Shown in pieces: positions 1-11,983 of a stretch of DNA of 64,000 bases. The first letter of the stretch is position 1, and the number at the start of each line of letters is the position of its first letter. The notes under the pieces are model-generated. The model was not told the DNA's origin and ran no database searches. It saw only the letters and a program-made list of their open reading frames with translations. Both the position numbers and the translations under genes were made by a program. Origin of the DNA: Emiliania huxleyi CCMP1516 (lineage: Eukaryota); assembly GCF_000372725.1 (NCBI RefSeq), contig NW_005202176.1, forward strand, positions 104,240-168,239. Reading direction: 5' to 3'.

Positions 1-580
1 GAGGCGAGGCCAGAGGCAGACTCAGCTGCTCTCGGGTGATCTCGCTTTGGGAGAGAGAGACAGACAGAGAGATTTTTTTTCGCTTTGGTGGCTGAAGGCC
101 CGATGGTCCTGTCATTCGCGTTCCGAGTCGTGGGGGTAGAAGATTGCGGGGGGGGGGGGGGGGGGTCGTGTCAGCACTTCCTTGAAGTACAGCGGACCGC
201 CAGGCTCGCCGGCAGCATCCGCAGGGAGGCAGCATATCAGGCACCAGTCTTCTGGATGGAGAGCTTGACACGAGCCACAGCCGCGGTTCTTTGAGAGACT
301 GAGAGAGAGCTTTCGGTTCTTTCGGACTGGCGGAGACAAAAGAAAAGTTTTGAGTTGTTCATACCGTCGTCCCCCTGCCTGTGTCCCTGATCGTCCTTCC
401 AAGCACCTGCTTTTATTTCTACTCTCGTGAGCTGTGAACAGACGCACTTGCCTTCGGGGGCAAGTACCCAAATCCGCTAGGTTGGGCGTGCTTTCACAGC
501 ATCGCGCGAGTATTTTATTTCCCGTCGTGCAGCACTGTCGACGGCGTCCACTGTGACCGCAACCCGACCTGGATACACAT

Positions 581-2515
581 ATGCCCTCCTTCGGCGGCGG
601 CACTCGGCGCCGCCTCGCTGCCTTCCCAGGCGCCAGTGTTCCTCGCGGCGCCGGCACGCGCCAGCTCCTGACCACCGTGATTGCTCTCTTGGGCGTCGCG
701 CTCCTCCTCCTCCAGGCGTCCTCCGTTTTCACGCCTAGGAATCCTACACGGATTGCACCCGAGCCCTCACCCCGCGTGGAAGCAAAGCACGGATTGCATC
801 CTCGCTTTCCTCGCGTCCTCGTGCCGATAGCGGCGAACCGCACCGGCAACTCATCGCCGGGCGCACCAGGACCGGCGGTCGTCCTCGGCGGGCCTTACCT
901 CGTCCTCGGCGTCGCGACCGCGCCGCGCAACACGGGCCACCGGCAGTGGATCCGCGAGACGTGGATGAGCCTGCCCAACATCGCTCGAGGCATCGACGAC
1001 GACGCGACGCTCGCGGAGCTCAAGGCCCTCGGGGCCACGGCGGTGCGCGCATCGGCCTCGCCAACCTCCAGCGTGCGGACCTTCTTCCTCGTCGGAGCGG
1101 CGGTCGCCGCCGCAGACCTCGCCGAGGAGCAGGCGCGGGAGAGGGACATCGTCGGGGTGGACGCGCGGGAGACGAAGCCGCCGGGCGAGAAGATGTTTGC
1201 CTTCTTCCAGCTCTGCGCGAGAGCCTTTGCCCGCACCTCCCGATGGTGCATCAAGACAGGTGTGCCCCCGCCTCCGCCTCCCCCTCACTCGCCTCCTCCT
1301 CCTCTTCCGCCGCCGCCGCCTCCGCCTCTGCATCCTCCGCCTCCCCCCCTCCCCCCCCCCCCCTCCGGCCGTGGCCATGCAGCATGGCCTATCACTAAGT
1401 CGAGCATCGCCCGCTCGACAGATGACGACACGTACGTGCACTCGGTCCGACTCGAGCTCAACCTGCGAAGCCTGTGGGACTCGACGCCGCCGCAGGAGAC
1501 CTCCCCGCGGGCGGCGTCGCCGGCGGCGGCACCACCGGCGTCAGCCGGCGGCGGCGTGGCCGATCGCTCGACGGGCGGCGGCGCGGGCGGCGGCGCAGGC
1601 GGCGGCGCGGGCGGCGGCGCGGTGTACGTGTACGGCGGCGCGACGCTGTGGGCGTCGTACGTCAAGCGGTCCTTCCACGTGTGCGGGCACGGGATGGGCC
1701 CGATGATGGCGGCGGGCGCGTCCAGGACAGAGGGGTGCGCGGCGCAGGGGGCCGTCGGCCCCTTCCCGTATGCCGCGGGCGCGCTCGAGGTGCTGTCGAT
1801 GCCGCTGGCGCGCTGTGAACAGCGTCTCTTCACAGCACGCCGCTGTGAACAGGCACGCTCGAGGTGCTGTCGATGCCGCTGGCGCGCTGGGTCGTGTCTC
1901 AGCCGGCGGTGGTCGAGTTTGTGCGCCGCGCGCGCGGCAGCGGCGTCCCCTCAAAGTGGGACATCGGTGCGCGCGGGGGGGCGACATTGGGACTGGGGAA
2001 GGGGCGGCCCACGGGGGCGGGGATAAGACCGCTTCACGGCGGGCTGCCGAGTAGGCGAGGATACCGTCCTCGGCATGTGGGTGCACGAGGCGCCCTTCGC
2101 GCTCACCTGCCTGCACTGGGGGTGCGCGCCGCAAGAGCAGACAGCCTGTGGCCCGCCACGCACCGCCCCATCACCGCGCCGCATGCCCCCTCACTCTCCC
2201 GCGAGTTGGGACGCTCGCCCGCGTGATGTGACACTCGTTGCTGCGGCGCACAGGTGGGATAAGATCCACGACTTGTGCTTCCTGTGCAAGGACAAGGCGC
2301 AGCTGTGGAAGCCGATCACCACCCAGTCGGTTGTGGTCCACATCAAGGGCCACCAGGCGAACCCGAAGAACTTCCACGACATCCACCGCAACTTCACGCG
2401 CATCTGCAGCGGCGAGTGTCTGCGCAAACACCTCCCGTTCGACGTGCCCTCGCTCGCCGACTTGTGCAGCAGAGGGAACATTCGGCAGGCCTACTCGAAA
2501 TGCACGGCGTTGTAG
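581..2515 (+). CDS. Glycosyltransferase family 31 (galactosyltransferase-like), type II membrane protein, multi-exon
   Basis: N-terminal TM (LLTTVIALLGVALLLL), 'R..IRETW', 'FFLVG'. Splicing intron 1260-1421 (GT-AG) gives 'WCIKTDDDTYV' (DxD). 'PFPYAAG' follows. Further introns near 1779-1852, ~1968-2054 and ~2122-2252; stop at 2515. Confidence 0.8.
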
Positions 2516-2761
2516 CTTCACTAATGTGCGTGTGCTGAAACGGACAAGAAAAACACTAGCCAGACCCAGAGTGCAGAAAGCAGAGTCCAGCGAAGACCCA
2601 CCTGGGCAAGAGACCCCCACCCCCCACCCACCCCCGGTTCCCCCCCGGCGGGCGGCGGCCCGGGGGCCGCCGCGGGCCCGCGCGCCGCCCGACACCGCCC
2701 GCGGCCCGCTCTCCCCGACACCGGCGCGACAGCCCCTCCCCGCTCCCGAGACGGGGACGCC

Positions 2762-2840
2762 AACACCCTCGCCCAGGGATCTACAATGCTGTCTTAACAC
2801 TTAAGGTCTGACAGGTTCGGCACCGGACACCGCCTCGGTA
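2762..2840. repeat. Dispersed repeat, inverted relative to the copy at ~19969-20040
   Basis: caccctcgcccagggatctacaa...gacaggttcggcaccgg.caccgcctcggta matches the reverse complement of ~19969-20040. Confidence 0.75.
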
Positions 2841-3363
2841 AGACACGCACATACATGGCGCATGCGGACGCACCACACCGCACACCGCGCTCCGAAGTGC
2901 TAAGTTCCTCGCAGTACGTAGAGAGGTCCCACAGCAGAGCACAGATGCAGAGGCCCAGGATGCGAAGCATTGTGAGGCGAGCTGATCTGGTTGGCTAATA
3001 AACACGGAGGGGAGGCGGAGGGGGCAGGCAGGGAGGGAGCACAGGCAGGGAAGAATTCTTGTCGTTGTCAGAGAGTCAGACGCGCTGTCGTCGGACATGT
3101 CGGGCGGTCCTGTGTGGTGAGGTGGGGAGTCTTATGTGAGCAAAATGAGCACGCGCCTCAGGAAACGAGAAAATGTCGGCGCATACCGCCGTCGTGGTTT
3201 TTACAAGGAGGCGCGCCGCCACTTCAACGGCCCCCACACATGTTGGCGACACCTGCAGGCGACACCGTGGGGCAACCACCGAGAGCCGCTAAACCCGCCG
3301 CTCCTGCGCACGTAGCATGGGCCATGGCGCGTAGTGTCATTCGCATCTCCCCGCTGTGAGATC

Positions 3364-5901
3364 TCACTGGTCCCTCAGATTCCCGTCATGCTGCACGAGG
3401 ACAACCTTGCCCTTTCGAAGCGCCGTGACCGTGGCGAGCGAGCTGGGCCGCCCGCATATGGTCACCTCATCGTCGGTCTGCAGCACCGTGTGCCCGTGCG
3501 GCACGATGGCCACCCTGTCTTGCATCTCGCTGATCGAGCCGTTGGCCGCCGATGTCCTATTTCGCGGCCTTTTGCTCGGCTCAGGCGCGGCGATCGCCTG
3601 CAGCTCCTCGGCCGTGACAACGACCGGGCTGTTTCGGCGGCTCTCGATCGGGGACGGCGCCGCCGGGTCGCGATATATAGCTAGCACCTGCACATCCTCT
3701 GGCACACGCAGGCTGCGCACCGGTCTGCCATTCTCCTTCTCCGTCATCGTCACAGTCATGACGTCAGCGGCGGGGTCGTCGTTTAGGAGGAGGGACGCCG
3801 ACTGCGACGACTGAACGAACTGGTTGAGAAGATTGCGGACCGACGTGTCAAGGTCGGACACGACCCGCACCCCCTCCGCGGGCTCCAGCACGGCGAACTT
3901 TCGCTGCCACGCTTTGTCGACGCACCGGACGATGCAGAGGGGGACAGCATCGGCGTGCCTCTCGAGCACGAGCTGGCACGCCGCGTGGTTGAGCCTGTCG
4001 CTCTCCATCATGCTTACAAAGGCGTCCACGCGCGTGCTTAGTAGCATCTGCCGGATCGCGCCGTCGTTGAGGATGGGCACCGTCTCGACGTCACGAACCC
4101 TCCACTCAAACTCGGCCACGTGCTGGCCCGCGAGGTCGGCGTGTACCTCCCACTCAAAGAGCTTGAGGGTCACGTCCGGAGGCGCGCCCTCCACGCCCAG
4201 CACGCGCGCCCTCCCAATCCGGTCGACGTTCATCTCTCCCGCCAGCCGCACCGCAAGCCGCAGCAGCACTGGGCCGGCGATGAGTTCGAGTAGGACTAGC
4301 GTGCCACCGATGGCGGCAAAGTCGAAAGGGAACGCCTGCAGCGCCGGAGCGCGTTGCTGGAGCTCCCACATGAAGCAGAGGGCCACCTGCGCCTGCACGA
4401 GTCCGCGCACAGGCGCGGCCGCAACGGCCGATCTTGGCTGGCGCTGAGCCATGGCGGCTACAAGGGACACTAGCCCGGAGGCCACTGCGCGGAGGACGAA
4501 GATGGCGCAGGCTGCAGCGCCCGGCGCACCCAACACACCAAAGGTTGGGAGCCACATGCCCGAGAGCGTCGCTAGCATGAGATGAGCGCTCTCAGACCAC
4601 GGCTGCAGGACGAGTTGCCACCGCGTGCGAGCGCCGGCCCCCCCACCGACGCCCGCGGCCACAAAGAGAGACGCGAAAAAGCACGCCAGCCACGGCTGGA
4701 AGGAGAGAGGCGTCGACGTCGGTGTCGACCCCGGCGCCTGGTACCCGAGCGTGCAGACGGCCCCTTCGCTCCAGTGAGTCGCATTCGGAACCGCCGTGCA
4801 CTGGCCCTCGAAGACTGCGCAGCTGTAGAGTGCGCTTGACGCATCTCTGACGCTCCCGCTGGACTGCTCCATCGTGTCCGCGGCGCAGAAGGTGGCGAAG
4901 GCGACTGCGAGAACGACGACCCCCTTCAGCCCCCGAGCGATCTCGCTCGCGTGCGCTCTCGTGTAGCCAAGCATCTGGGCCCCGGCCTTTCCAACCAGAG
5001 GCAAGGACCTGCGGCTCTGGATTGCTGCCCGGAGGGGCGTCCTGTTGATGCCGAGCAGCACCGCCGACAGGGCGGCCGCCACGGCGAGGGTGAGGCCGGC
5101 GGAGACGGCCGCCGAGGCCAAGGAGAAGCTGATCCCGTAGTGTGCGTTCGAAACCACCGGCGTGAGCGCCAGTAGGAGCAACACCGACGCCAGCATCGCG
5201 CCGCTGGTGGCGTGGAGGCTTGTCGCCGAAAAGACTCCGGCACTGTGCATGTCGTGCAGCAGCTGGGCCATGCAAGTGGGCTCCGCGGCGGCTGACACCA
5301 CCCCAATTGCAGCGGCGGTCGCCAGGGCATACTCGCCGACCATGACGGGCAGCACTACCGCGTCGGGTGCCGGCGCGCGGCCGACGCCGAGAGCGCTGGC
5401 TGCGCGGGGCGCACCCACCCACTCTGCTGTGATTAGCCGCAGCGCCACAAAGGCCGCCACGGCGCAGCACAGGGCGTGCACCACTCCGGCTGCGGCACTG
5501 CCTCGGTGGGTGCGCCACAGGTCTCGCAGAGGCGCCACGTGCAGCGCCGACTCGAGAGCCACGAGGGCGCGGCAGGCGGTCGACGCCGGCCGCAGGTGCT
5601 CGAGGGCAGCGGCCATAGGCAGCATGTCGACGACAGGAGCGCAGGCGAGGAGGCCGAGCAGGATACACCCCGCCATCGGATGCACCCCGAACAGGCCAGC
5701 GGCCGCGCGTCCGACGGTGGGCGCAGCCAGGAGCAGCACTAAGAGCGCGAGGGCGGCCTGCCACGCCTCGACGCCGAGCGGCCCGGCGTCGTGAACGGCC
5801 GCCGGGAGTAGAGTCAGGTCGGTGCCGCAGGCGCCAGGCTGGTCCATGTAGCCGGCCACCCCCGATCGCCATGACGCTGCCTCGCCGTGCTGCGTTCCCA
5901 T
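3364..5901 (-). CDS. Multi-pass cation/H+ antiporter-like protein with C-terminal RCK (TrkA-N-like, TrkA-C) region
   Basis: Intronless ORF with about 12 hydrophobic segments ending 'ELIAGPVLLRLAVRLAGE'. TrkA-C-like 'GRPVRSLRVPEDVQVLAIYR...IVPHGHTVLQTDDEVTICG'. Likely start MGTQHG at 5901; the upstream ORF extension crosses a microsatellite. Confidence 0.7.
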   Translation of the reverse strand: MGTQHGEAASWRSGVAGYMDQPGACGTDLTLLPAAVHDAGPLGVEAWQAALALLVLLLAAPTVGRAAAGLFGVHPMAGCILLGLLACAPVVDMLPMAAALEHLRPASTACRALVALESALHVAPLRDLWRTHRGSAAAGVVHALCCAVAAFVALRLITAEWVGAPRAASALGVGRAPAPDAVVLPVMVGEYALATAAAIGVVSAAAEPTCMAQLLHDMHSAGVFSATSLHATSGAMLASVLLLLALTPVVSNAHYGISFSLASAAVSAGLTLAVAAALSAVLLGINRTPLRAAIQSRRSLPLVGKAGAQMLGYTRAHASEIARGLKGVVVLAVAFATFCAADTMEQSSGSVRDASSALYSCAVFEGQCTAVPNATHWSEGAVCTLGYQAPGSTPTSTPLSFQPWLACFFASLFVAAGVGGGAGARTRWQLVLQPWSESAHLMLATLSGMWLPTFGVLGAPGAAACAIFVLRAVASGLVSLVAAMAQRQPRSAVAAAPVRGLVQAQVALCFMWELQQRAPALQAFPFDFAAIGGTLVLLELIAGPVLLRLAVRLAGEMNVDRIGRARVLGVEGAPPDVTLKLFEWEVHADLAGQHVAEFEWRVRDVETVPILNDGAIRQMLLSTRVDAFVSMMESDRLNHAACQLVLERHADAVPLCIVRCVDKAWQRKFAVLEPAEGVRVVSDLDTSVRNLLNQFVQSSQSASLLLNDDPAADVMTVTMTEKENGRPVRSLRVPEDVQVLAIYRDPAAPSPIESRRNSPVVVTAEELQAIAAPEPSKRPRNRTSAANGSISEMQDRVAIVPHGHTVLQTDDEVTICGRPSSLATVTALRKGKVVLVQHDGNLRDQ

Positions 5902-6007
5902 GGTGTGCTTCCGCTCGACCAACTGCGAACTATCGTGGACGTGCGCAACTGTGTCAGGTGCGTGATAACTCTGTTTCGTATGTTGTTGGCAGATCTCTGA
6001 GTCATAA

Positions 6008-6161
<154 letters not shown>

Positions 6162-6256
6162 CTCTTCCCTCCCTCAATCCCGCTCTCTCTCTCTCTCTTT
6201 CTTTCTCTCCCTCCCTGCAACCCTGCTCCCTCCCCCCCCTCGCTCCCGCTCCCGCT

Positions 6257-6288
<32 letters not shown>

Positions 6289-6403
6289 TGGGGGCCTGCC
6301 TCCCTCCCTCCCTCCCTCCCTAGCCCTGCGGCGCTGGGCAGATCTTGGGGGCAGGAAAAAAAAGACCGGTGCATTATTAGACTCCCAGATCTGCTCGCTC
6401 GCC

Positions 6404-7148
6404 ATGCTCCGCATCCTGCTCCTCTGCATCTGCGCTCTGCTGTGCGCGGCCCCTCTCGCCCGCGGAGTGCTGCTGCTGCTCGGGCGTGCGGCTGACACGA
6501 GCCCCCCTCTCCGTGCGCAGTGCGCAGGCGTACCTGCCCACCGCGCTGCCCGCCTCCAAGGTGGCAGCTCGCGCCTCGCCTGTGGAGATGGGTGCGCGGC
6601 GGCCTGTGAAGAAGGCGGCGGCGAAGAAGCCGGTCGCTCGCAAGGCTTCGGGCACCAAGGGCAAGGGCGGCATCCTCCCGTGGGTCACCAACGAGCCCGG
6701 AAGTGAGTCGCCGCTCGCCTCCCGACCTCGTCTCTTGCCGCAGTTGCCCTCCCTGCGTGCACGCCGCTGCCGTGGACGATTGCGGGGCCGTCCCAGCCGC
6801 GGAGGCCCAGCCCTGCCTTCTCCCCCCCCCCCCCTCCCTCCCCGGAGCCTAGGGCGAGGTGATCAACCTGTCCGAGGTGACGCTGCGCGAGGCCGAGCGG
6901 TGGATCGGCTCCGGCTCGAACGCCGGCCCTGCGTGTGAGCCGCCGCCCCGAGCCGTGCCCTCCAGCCGCCCACCCCGCCCGCCCACGCTCGCCCACGCCC
7001 GCTCTCGCCGCCCTCGCCGCCCTCGTCGCCCGCCCCCGCCCTAACCCGAACGCAGCTTCCCCCCGCTGACCGCGCCCGTCTCCCACCGCCGCAGACCTGT
7101 TTGGCCTTGCGAGCAAGATGATCTACCCCGCCAACACGCGCAAGTAGA
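6404..7148 (+). CDS. Small, probably plastid-targeted protein of unknown function, multi-exon
   Basis: Signal-like MLRILLLCIC, transit-like AYLPTALPASKVAARASPVEM, Lys/Ala-rich segment, 'GILPWVTNEPG' followed by a GTGAGT donor at ~6703. Last exon DLFGLASKMIYPANTRK* ends at 7148. Exon boundaries are partly uncertain. Confidence 0.55.
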
Positions 7149-8923
7149 CGCCTCTCGCGCGCTGCGCCCCCGCCGCTACCGTGCCCGCCCGCGACGGGAG
7201 CTATCCCTCTCTCGACGCTCGCGGCGCACGTCGAGATTCCCGGTGCGGGGCGATTTTGTGAGCTCTGGGTGGCCCCGGTCGCGCCTGCGTGGTCTCTCAT
7301 TCTTCTGTTGTTTGTGTATCCCTAGCCAAAAACAAGAAAACGAGCCTGTCTGGCCTGCCATGACCCATGTGCGCGCGCGCCGCGCGCCTCGCCCGAGCGC
7401 AGCCACCTGCGGACCGCGCTAGCCTCTAGCCTGTAGCCAGCCTGTTCCTGGCTCGTGCCCAGGCCCCAGCCTCTCCTTCCGCTGCCGCCGGCCTCGCAGT
7501 CCCGCCAGCCATCACGCTGCAGAGCCTGCGTAGACGCCACAGACGCCAATTCTGCAGCCCACAGCCCTGGCAACTGAGGGCGAGGGCCAGCAGTATACGA
7601 CGACGACGGCATCTCACACCCCTCGCTGGCCAGCGCCATCAGCCCCTCACGGCCCGGCCCAACCTTCCCTTCCCCACCCTCGCCTCCAGTGCCTCCAAAT
7701 CAAGCCGTCGCACCTCTCTTCTTCAGCGAATGCAGCGGCAGCACCACGTCAGAGGCCGGGCCGACTGGCGGACCTGCATGCCCAGCCATGCCCCCCACTC
7801 CCCACCCGCTTGGATCGATCAGCTGACAGCTCCACCAGCTCCCACCACCGCGTGTCGTGTCATGAAGCATGATAGATAGTAGAAAGTCTGATCTCCAAAA
7901 AGAATTTAAACAAAAGAACTCTCTCTCACAGCAGACAGGCTCCAAAAGGAACTCTCACGCGGAAGAAAGGCCTCGAGAGTTCGCCACTTGGGGGGGGTCA
8001 GCCTTAGAAGACGTGGCTCGAGACATGCAGCCTTAGAGTTTGGCAGGCCAGTTGATCCCACAAGCTCGAAAGAGCCATTTGTTGGACTCAATGTTCTGCG
8101 CCTTTTTCTCCTTCCTCCGCTTGTAGGTCTGGCATGTGTTGCATTCTGTCCCACCTTTGCGTGCGTAGTTCAGGTCCACTCCCGGATATTTGCCTAGCGG
8201 GTGACCAGTGCTCACGCATTTGCTACACAAGCGCCGGTCAGTCATCAAACTTAAGTCTTGAGTCGGATCGCGGTTGAGACTTACGAGTTGGCAGCTGCCT
8301 ACTGGCGGGAGTTTTTTTGAGACTTGTGTCTTGCGGCGCGCTTGGCAATGGAGCACCACACCGACACACCACAGTCACGCTGTGTGCACTACAAAAAATG
8401 CAAACGGCATATTCACGTAGTACCCACTGCACGGCCGCAGGGGAGGGTAAACTTGGCGCGCACGACGAGACAGGCTAAATTAATTTAATTTTTGAGTTTC
8501 CGTACAGTACAGAGGGATGTTTTTTCCCGGTCCAGTCCAGTCCCGGTCCAGTCCAGTCCTGTGGGACGGTCCAGCTAGGCGGCGGCGACGGCGGTGGCGA
8601 GTTGGGCGGCAGCAGGCTGGGCGGCGACGGGCTGGGCCGCGGCGGGCTGGGCGGCGGCGATGACTGGTGGGGGCGGAGGCTGACTTGGTGGGAGCGGCGA
8701 CGGTTGAGGCGGCGAGGGAGGCTCGGAGGCGGCGGCGAGGGTTGCGACGGCAAGGGCGGCGGCGAGGGGGGGGGGGCGGCGACAGGGTCTGTGGGGTTCC
8801 CGGTACAGTCCAGTCCTGTGGAATCTGGAATGATCCTGCCCCGGTCCAGTCATGTCCAGTCCCAAGTCTTCGCCCCGATCATGTGGAAAGGGTTTGAAGG
8901 GTGCAGGGGGTACTGGTGCCGTC

Positions 8924-9274
8924 CTATCGCGTCTTGTAGTATTCTGGCGCACCTATTACTTCTACATTACGTTCCGATTTTTTGAGAACTGTGATGCTGT
9001 CTGAGAGCGAGTGCAGTCGTATCTGATAGCGACCTTTATATAACACTGGTTTGTGAATCGCCTTCTTAAACCCACCGAAGCTTACGCTTGCCTGTGGGTC
9101 GTTTGGATCCGCTTGCTCTGAAAGTCGTTTCAACATTTCTTGGGGGCGCTGGCTAACGTATGTCTTTTGATTTATTTGATCGACTACGATTAAGCAGGTA
9201 CCACGGCATGACGGCTCTCTGTGTATTTCCACTAACCGATGTGGATTCACTACATGAGGGCAGACTTCTGTCAT
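8924..9274 (-). CDS. AT-rich intronless hypothetical ORF (~116 aa)
   Basis: ATG at 9274 after an A-rich tract gives MTEVCPHVVN...APEYYKTR*. Protein is of normal complexity, but base composition is visibly more AT-rich than the host genes. Confidence 0.45.
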   Translation of the reverse strand: MTEVCPHVVNPHRLVEIHREPSCRGTCLIVVDQINQKTYVSQRPQEMLKRLSEQADPNDPQASVSFGGFKKAIHKPVLYKGRYQIRLHSLSDSITVLKKSERNVEVIGAPEYYKTR

Positions 9275-9296
9275 CCTTTTTTTTGCTGGGGTGGAT

Positions 9297-9743
9297 TTTT
9301 TTTGACACGGCGACACGCGACACGGGTCCCTCCAAAAACTTTCTGGGAGATTGATATTTTTCCGCAAACTTGCAAGTCGTTGCGGATTTTTTTTTGCGAT
9401 TTTCTCGAATCTCAAAAAAGTGCCGTGTCACCCGTGTCACCCGTGTCACCCGTGAAATAAAATAAATTTCAAGAAATCTCTGTGAATATAGATTCTCATT
9501 GAGTGTACAAACCCCTGTAGGACATATCCACACTTTACACACACACATAGAGTCCTTTCACAGCAGCAGTTCTCATGGCCGACACGGGTGACACGGGTGA
9601 CACGGATGACACGCACACGGCACTTTTTTGAGAATCGAGAAAATCGCAAAAAAAAATCTGCAAACTTGCAAGTTTGCGGAAAAATATCAATCTCCCAGAA
9701 AGTTTTTGGAGGGACCCGTGTCGCGTGTCGCCGTGTCAGAAAA
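9297..9743. repeat. Long inverted repeat / foldback (arms ~150 bp, spacer ~130 bp)
   Basis: ~9297-9454 is the near-perfect reverse complement of ~9582-9743. Arms contain tandem CCGTGTCAC 9-mers and CGTGTCG repeats. Confidence 0.9.
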
Positions 9744-10007
9744 ACATATTATTTTTCCTCCCTGACTCTTTCCCTCCCCCGCACCCCCCTCCCTCCCTCC
9801 CCCCTCCCTCCCTCCCCCCGCACCCCCCTCCCTCCCTCCCCCCGCACCCCCCTCCCTCCCACCCCGCTGTGGACCGGCTGTTTCATTTCCTTGTACGAGG
9901 CCCACGGGGCATACACACGGTGGCGTATCTTGGGTGAGGTGGTGAGCAAGTAGAAGACAAGTACATCTGTACACGCCACAGCAGGAAGTGAGCGACATCC
10001 GCCGGCA

Positions 10008-10011
<4 letters not shown>

Positions 10012-10079
<68 letters not shown>

Positions 10080-10094
10080 CTCTCTCGCTCTCTC
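10012..10094. repeat. (CT)n microsatellite
   Basis: Direct observation. Confidence 0.95.
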
Positions 10095-10469
10095 TTGGCT
10101 CTTGGGAAGAGGTTCCTCCTTTCCGCCCCCCCCGCCCCCTCGCAAGGCGCGAGACACACACACACTCTCTCTCCCTCTCCCTCCCTCCCTCCCTCCCTCC
10201 CTCCCTCTGACGACTCGAACCCGTGAAGCTTCCCCAAGATGCGGGCAAGAACGGTAGCGACTCCATCCCCCCCATCCGCCTTGGCTAAAATGTACAATCG
10301 AGTACAATCGTACGCTCGTTCGTCCTTTTCGTAATCTCAAACAAACCCAAGTAGACTGACGAAAAGGAGTGGCCTGGTCCGCTGAAAGTCAGACGCACGA
10401 GCAAGGGGGGGATAAGCGTAAAAAGGGACGGAAGCCGAGAGCGCTCGCAAAGAGGACGCGGCGGCGGCC

Positions 10470-11983
10470 AATGGCCACATCATCAGCATCACCGCCCGCA
10501 CCACCGCCCTCTCCCGCCGCCCCGCCGCCTCTGGCTGCCGACGCAAGGCGATGGTCAATTTTTTCTCTCGCACAGAGGCGTGCGATCGAAGCCGAGGCTC
10601 ATGTTGCGGAGGCCGAGCCGCTGCTCCCTGACGAGTTTGGCGAGCAACCTCGGCCGATTGTCATGCAGTTCCGGGGGAGATCATTCTCGCGCAGGCCAAC
10701 GGAACGGGAAGTTCGAGACCACGCCACTCTCGGCATTCTGCGATCCAAGTGGGACGCGTTTGATTGCTTGCCGCATCGCAACACCATTAGACGCAAGAGA
10801 ATGGCGGAGGTGAGGATGAGTGCTGGCGCGTCCCCCTCCCGCTCGACGGAGGGCGTGCGCATGGGTCGGCAGGAGGCCGAGAGGCTGGAGGCCGAGAGGC
10901 TGGCAACCGAGGCCGTGCATGCAATCGAGGCCGAGACCCATGTTGCGGAGGTCGGTCCGCCGCCCCCTCCTGATGAGTTCGGCGAACAACTTCGGCCGCT
11001 TGTCATGCAGTTTCGGGGCAGGTCATTCTCGAGCAGGCCAACGGAACGGGAAGAGCCGGATCGCGCAACGCTTGGCTTTCTGCAGCGTAAGTGGGATGAG
11101 TTTGACGAAAGGTCGCTCACTCGTCGAGCAATTCGTCGAGCGAGGGCAAGGCGTGCGTGCGTGGCAGAGGCGGAGGGAATGCGCTTGCACCTCTCCCGCA
11201 ACAGCAGCACCGGATACAGGGGGGTGTCGAAGAAGCGCAACCGCTTCATAGCGCAGTACACGGTAGACGGGAGGCGTAACAAACTCGCGGGCTCCTTCGG
11301 CACCGCGGTGGAGGCGGCAGTGGCGTACGCGCGGGCGATCGACAAGACGGTGATGGAGAACGGCATGCGCTGGACGCACTCGTTGGCCGATGTGTGCGGT
11401 GCTGGCGCGTGGTCCACTCACTTGCTGATCCGTTTGCCCCACATGCATTCCCGTTGCGCACTCCTCTCTCCCATACTCGTGCCCCACATTGCTCGACGTT
11501 GATGCGAGATTGCCGATCAATGCGGAGCGGTTTTGAGCCGGAGAGCCAGACCCCGTGTTCGATTGGACTCGTTGTAATCAAGTCGATGCAAGTCAAGGCT
11601 CGCGAGCAAGCCACCCTCTTGTGCTCAGGTTCTGCCTTCTCAATGCACTCTCCCTTCCCCGCGCTTTCGCAGGTCCATCCCACACGGGCCCCGCGGGGGA
11701 GGCGCCGGCGGTGGTGACAGAGGCGCAGGGCTGGCGGCTGCACCTCTCGAGTCGCAGCAGCACCGGCTACGCAGGCGTACGCAAGCAGGAGCAGGCGTCG
11801 GGCTCGCGCGGCCGCCGACCTCCCTGGGCGTCGGGCCGCTTCACGGCGTACCACACGGTGGACGGACGAAAGATCTTCATCGGCTTCTTCGACTCGGCGG
11901 TGGAGGCGGCGGTGGCGTACGCGCTGGCGGAGGGGTCGGTGGACGGACAGGTCGCGCCGCCCGCCGGGCGCGAGGTGCGCTAG
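10470..11983 (+). CDS. AP2/ERF-like DNA-binding domain protein (two AP2-like units; gene model uncertain)
   Basis: 'LHLSRNSSTGYRGVSKKRNRFIAQYTVDG...GSFGTAVEAAVAYARA' (~11185-11340) and 'LHLSSRSSTGYAGV...FTAYHTVDGRKIFIGFFDSAVEAAVAYA' (~11738-11925). Internal duplication AIEAE.HVAE...QFRGRSFS.RPTERE. Confidence 0.65.
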
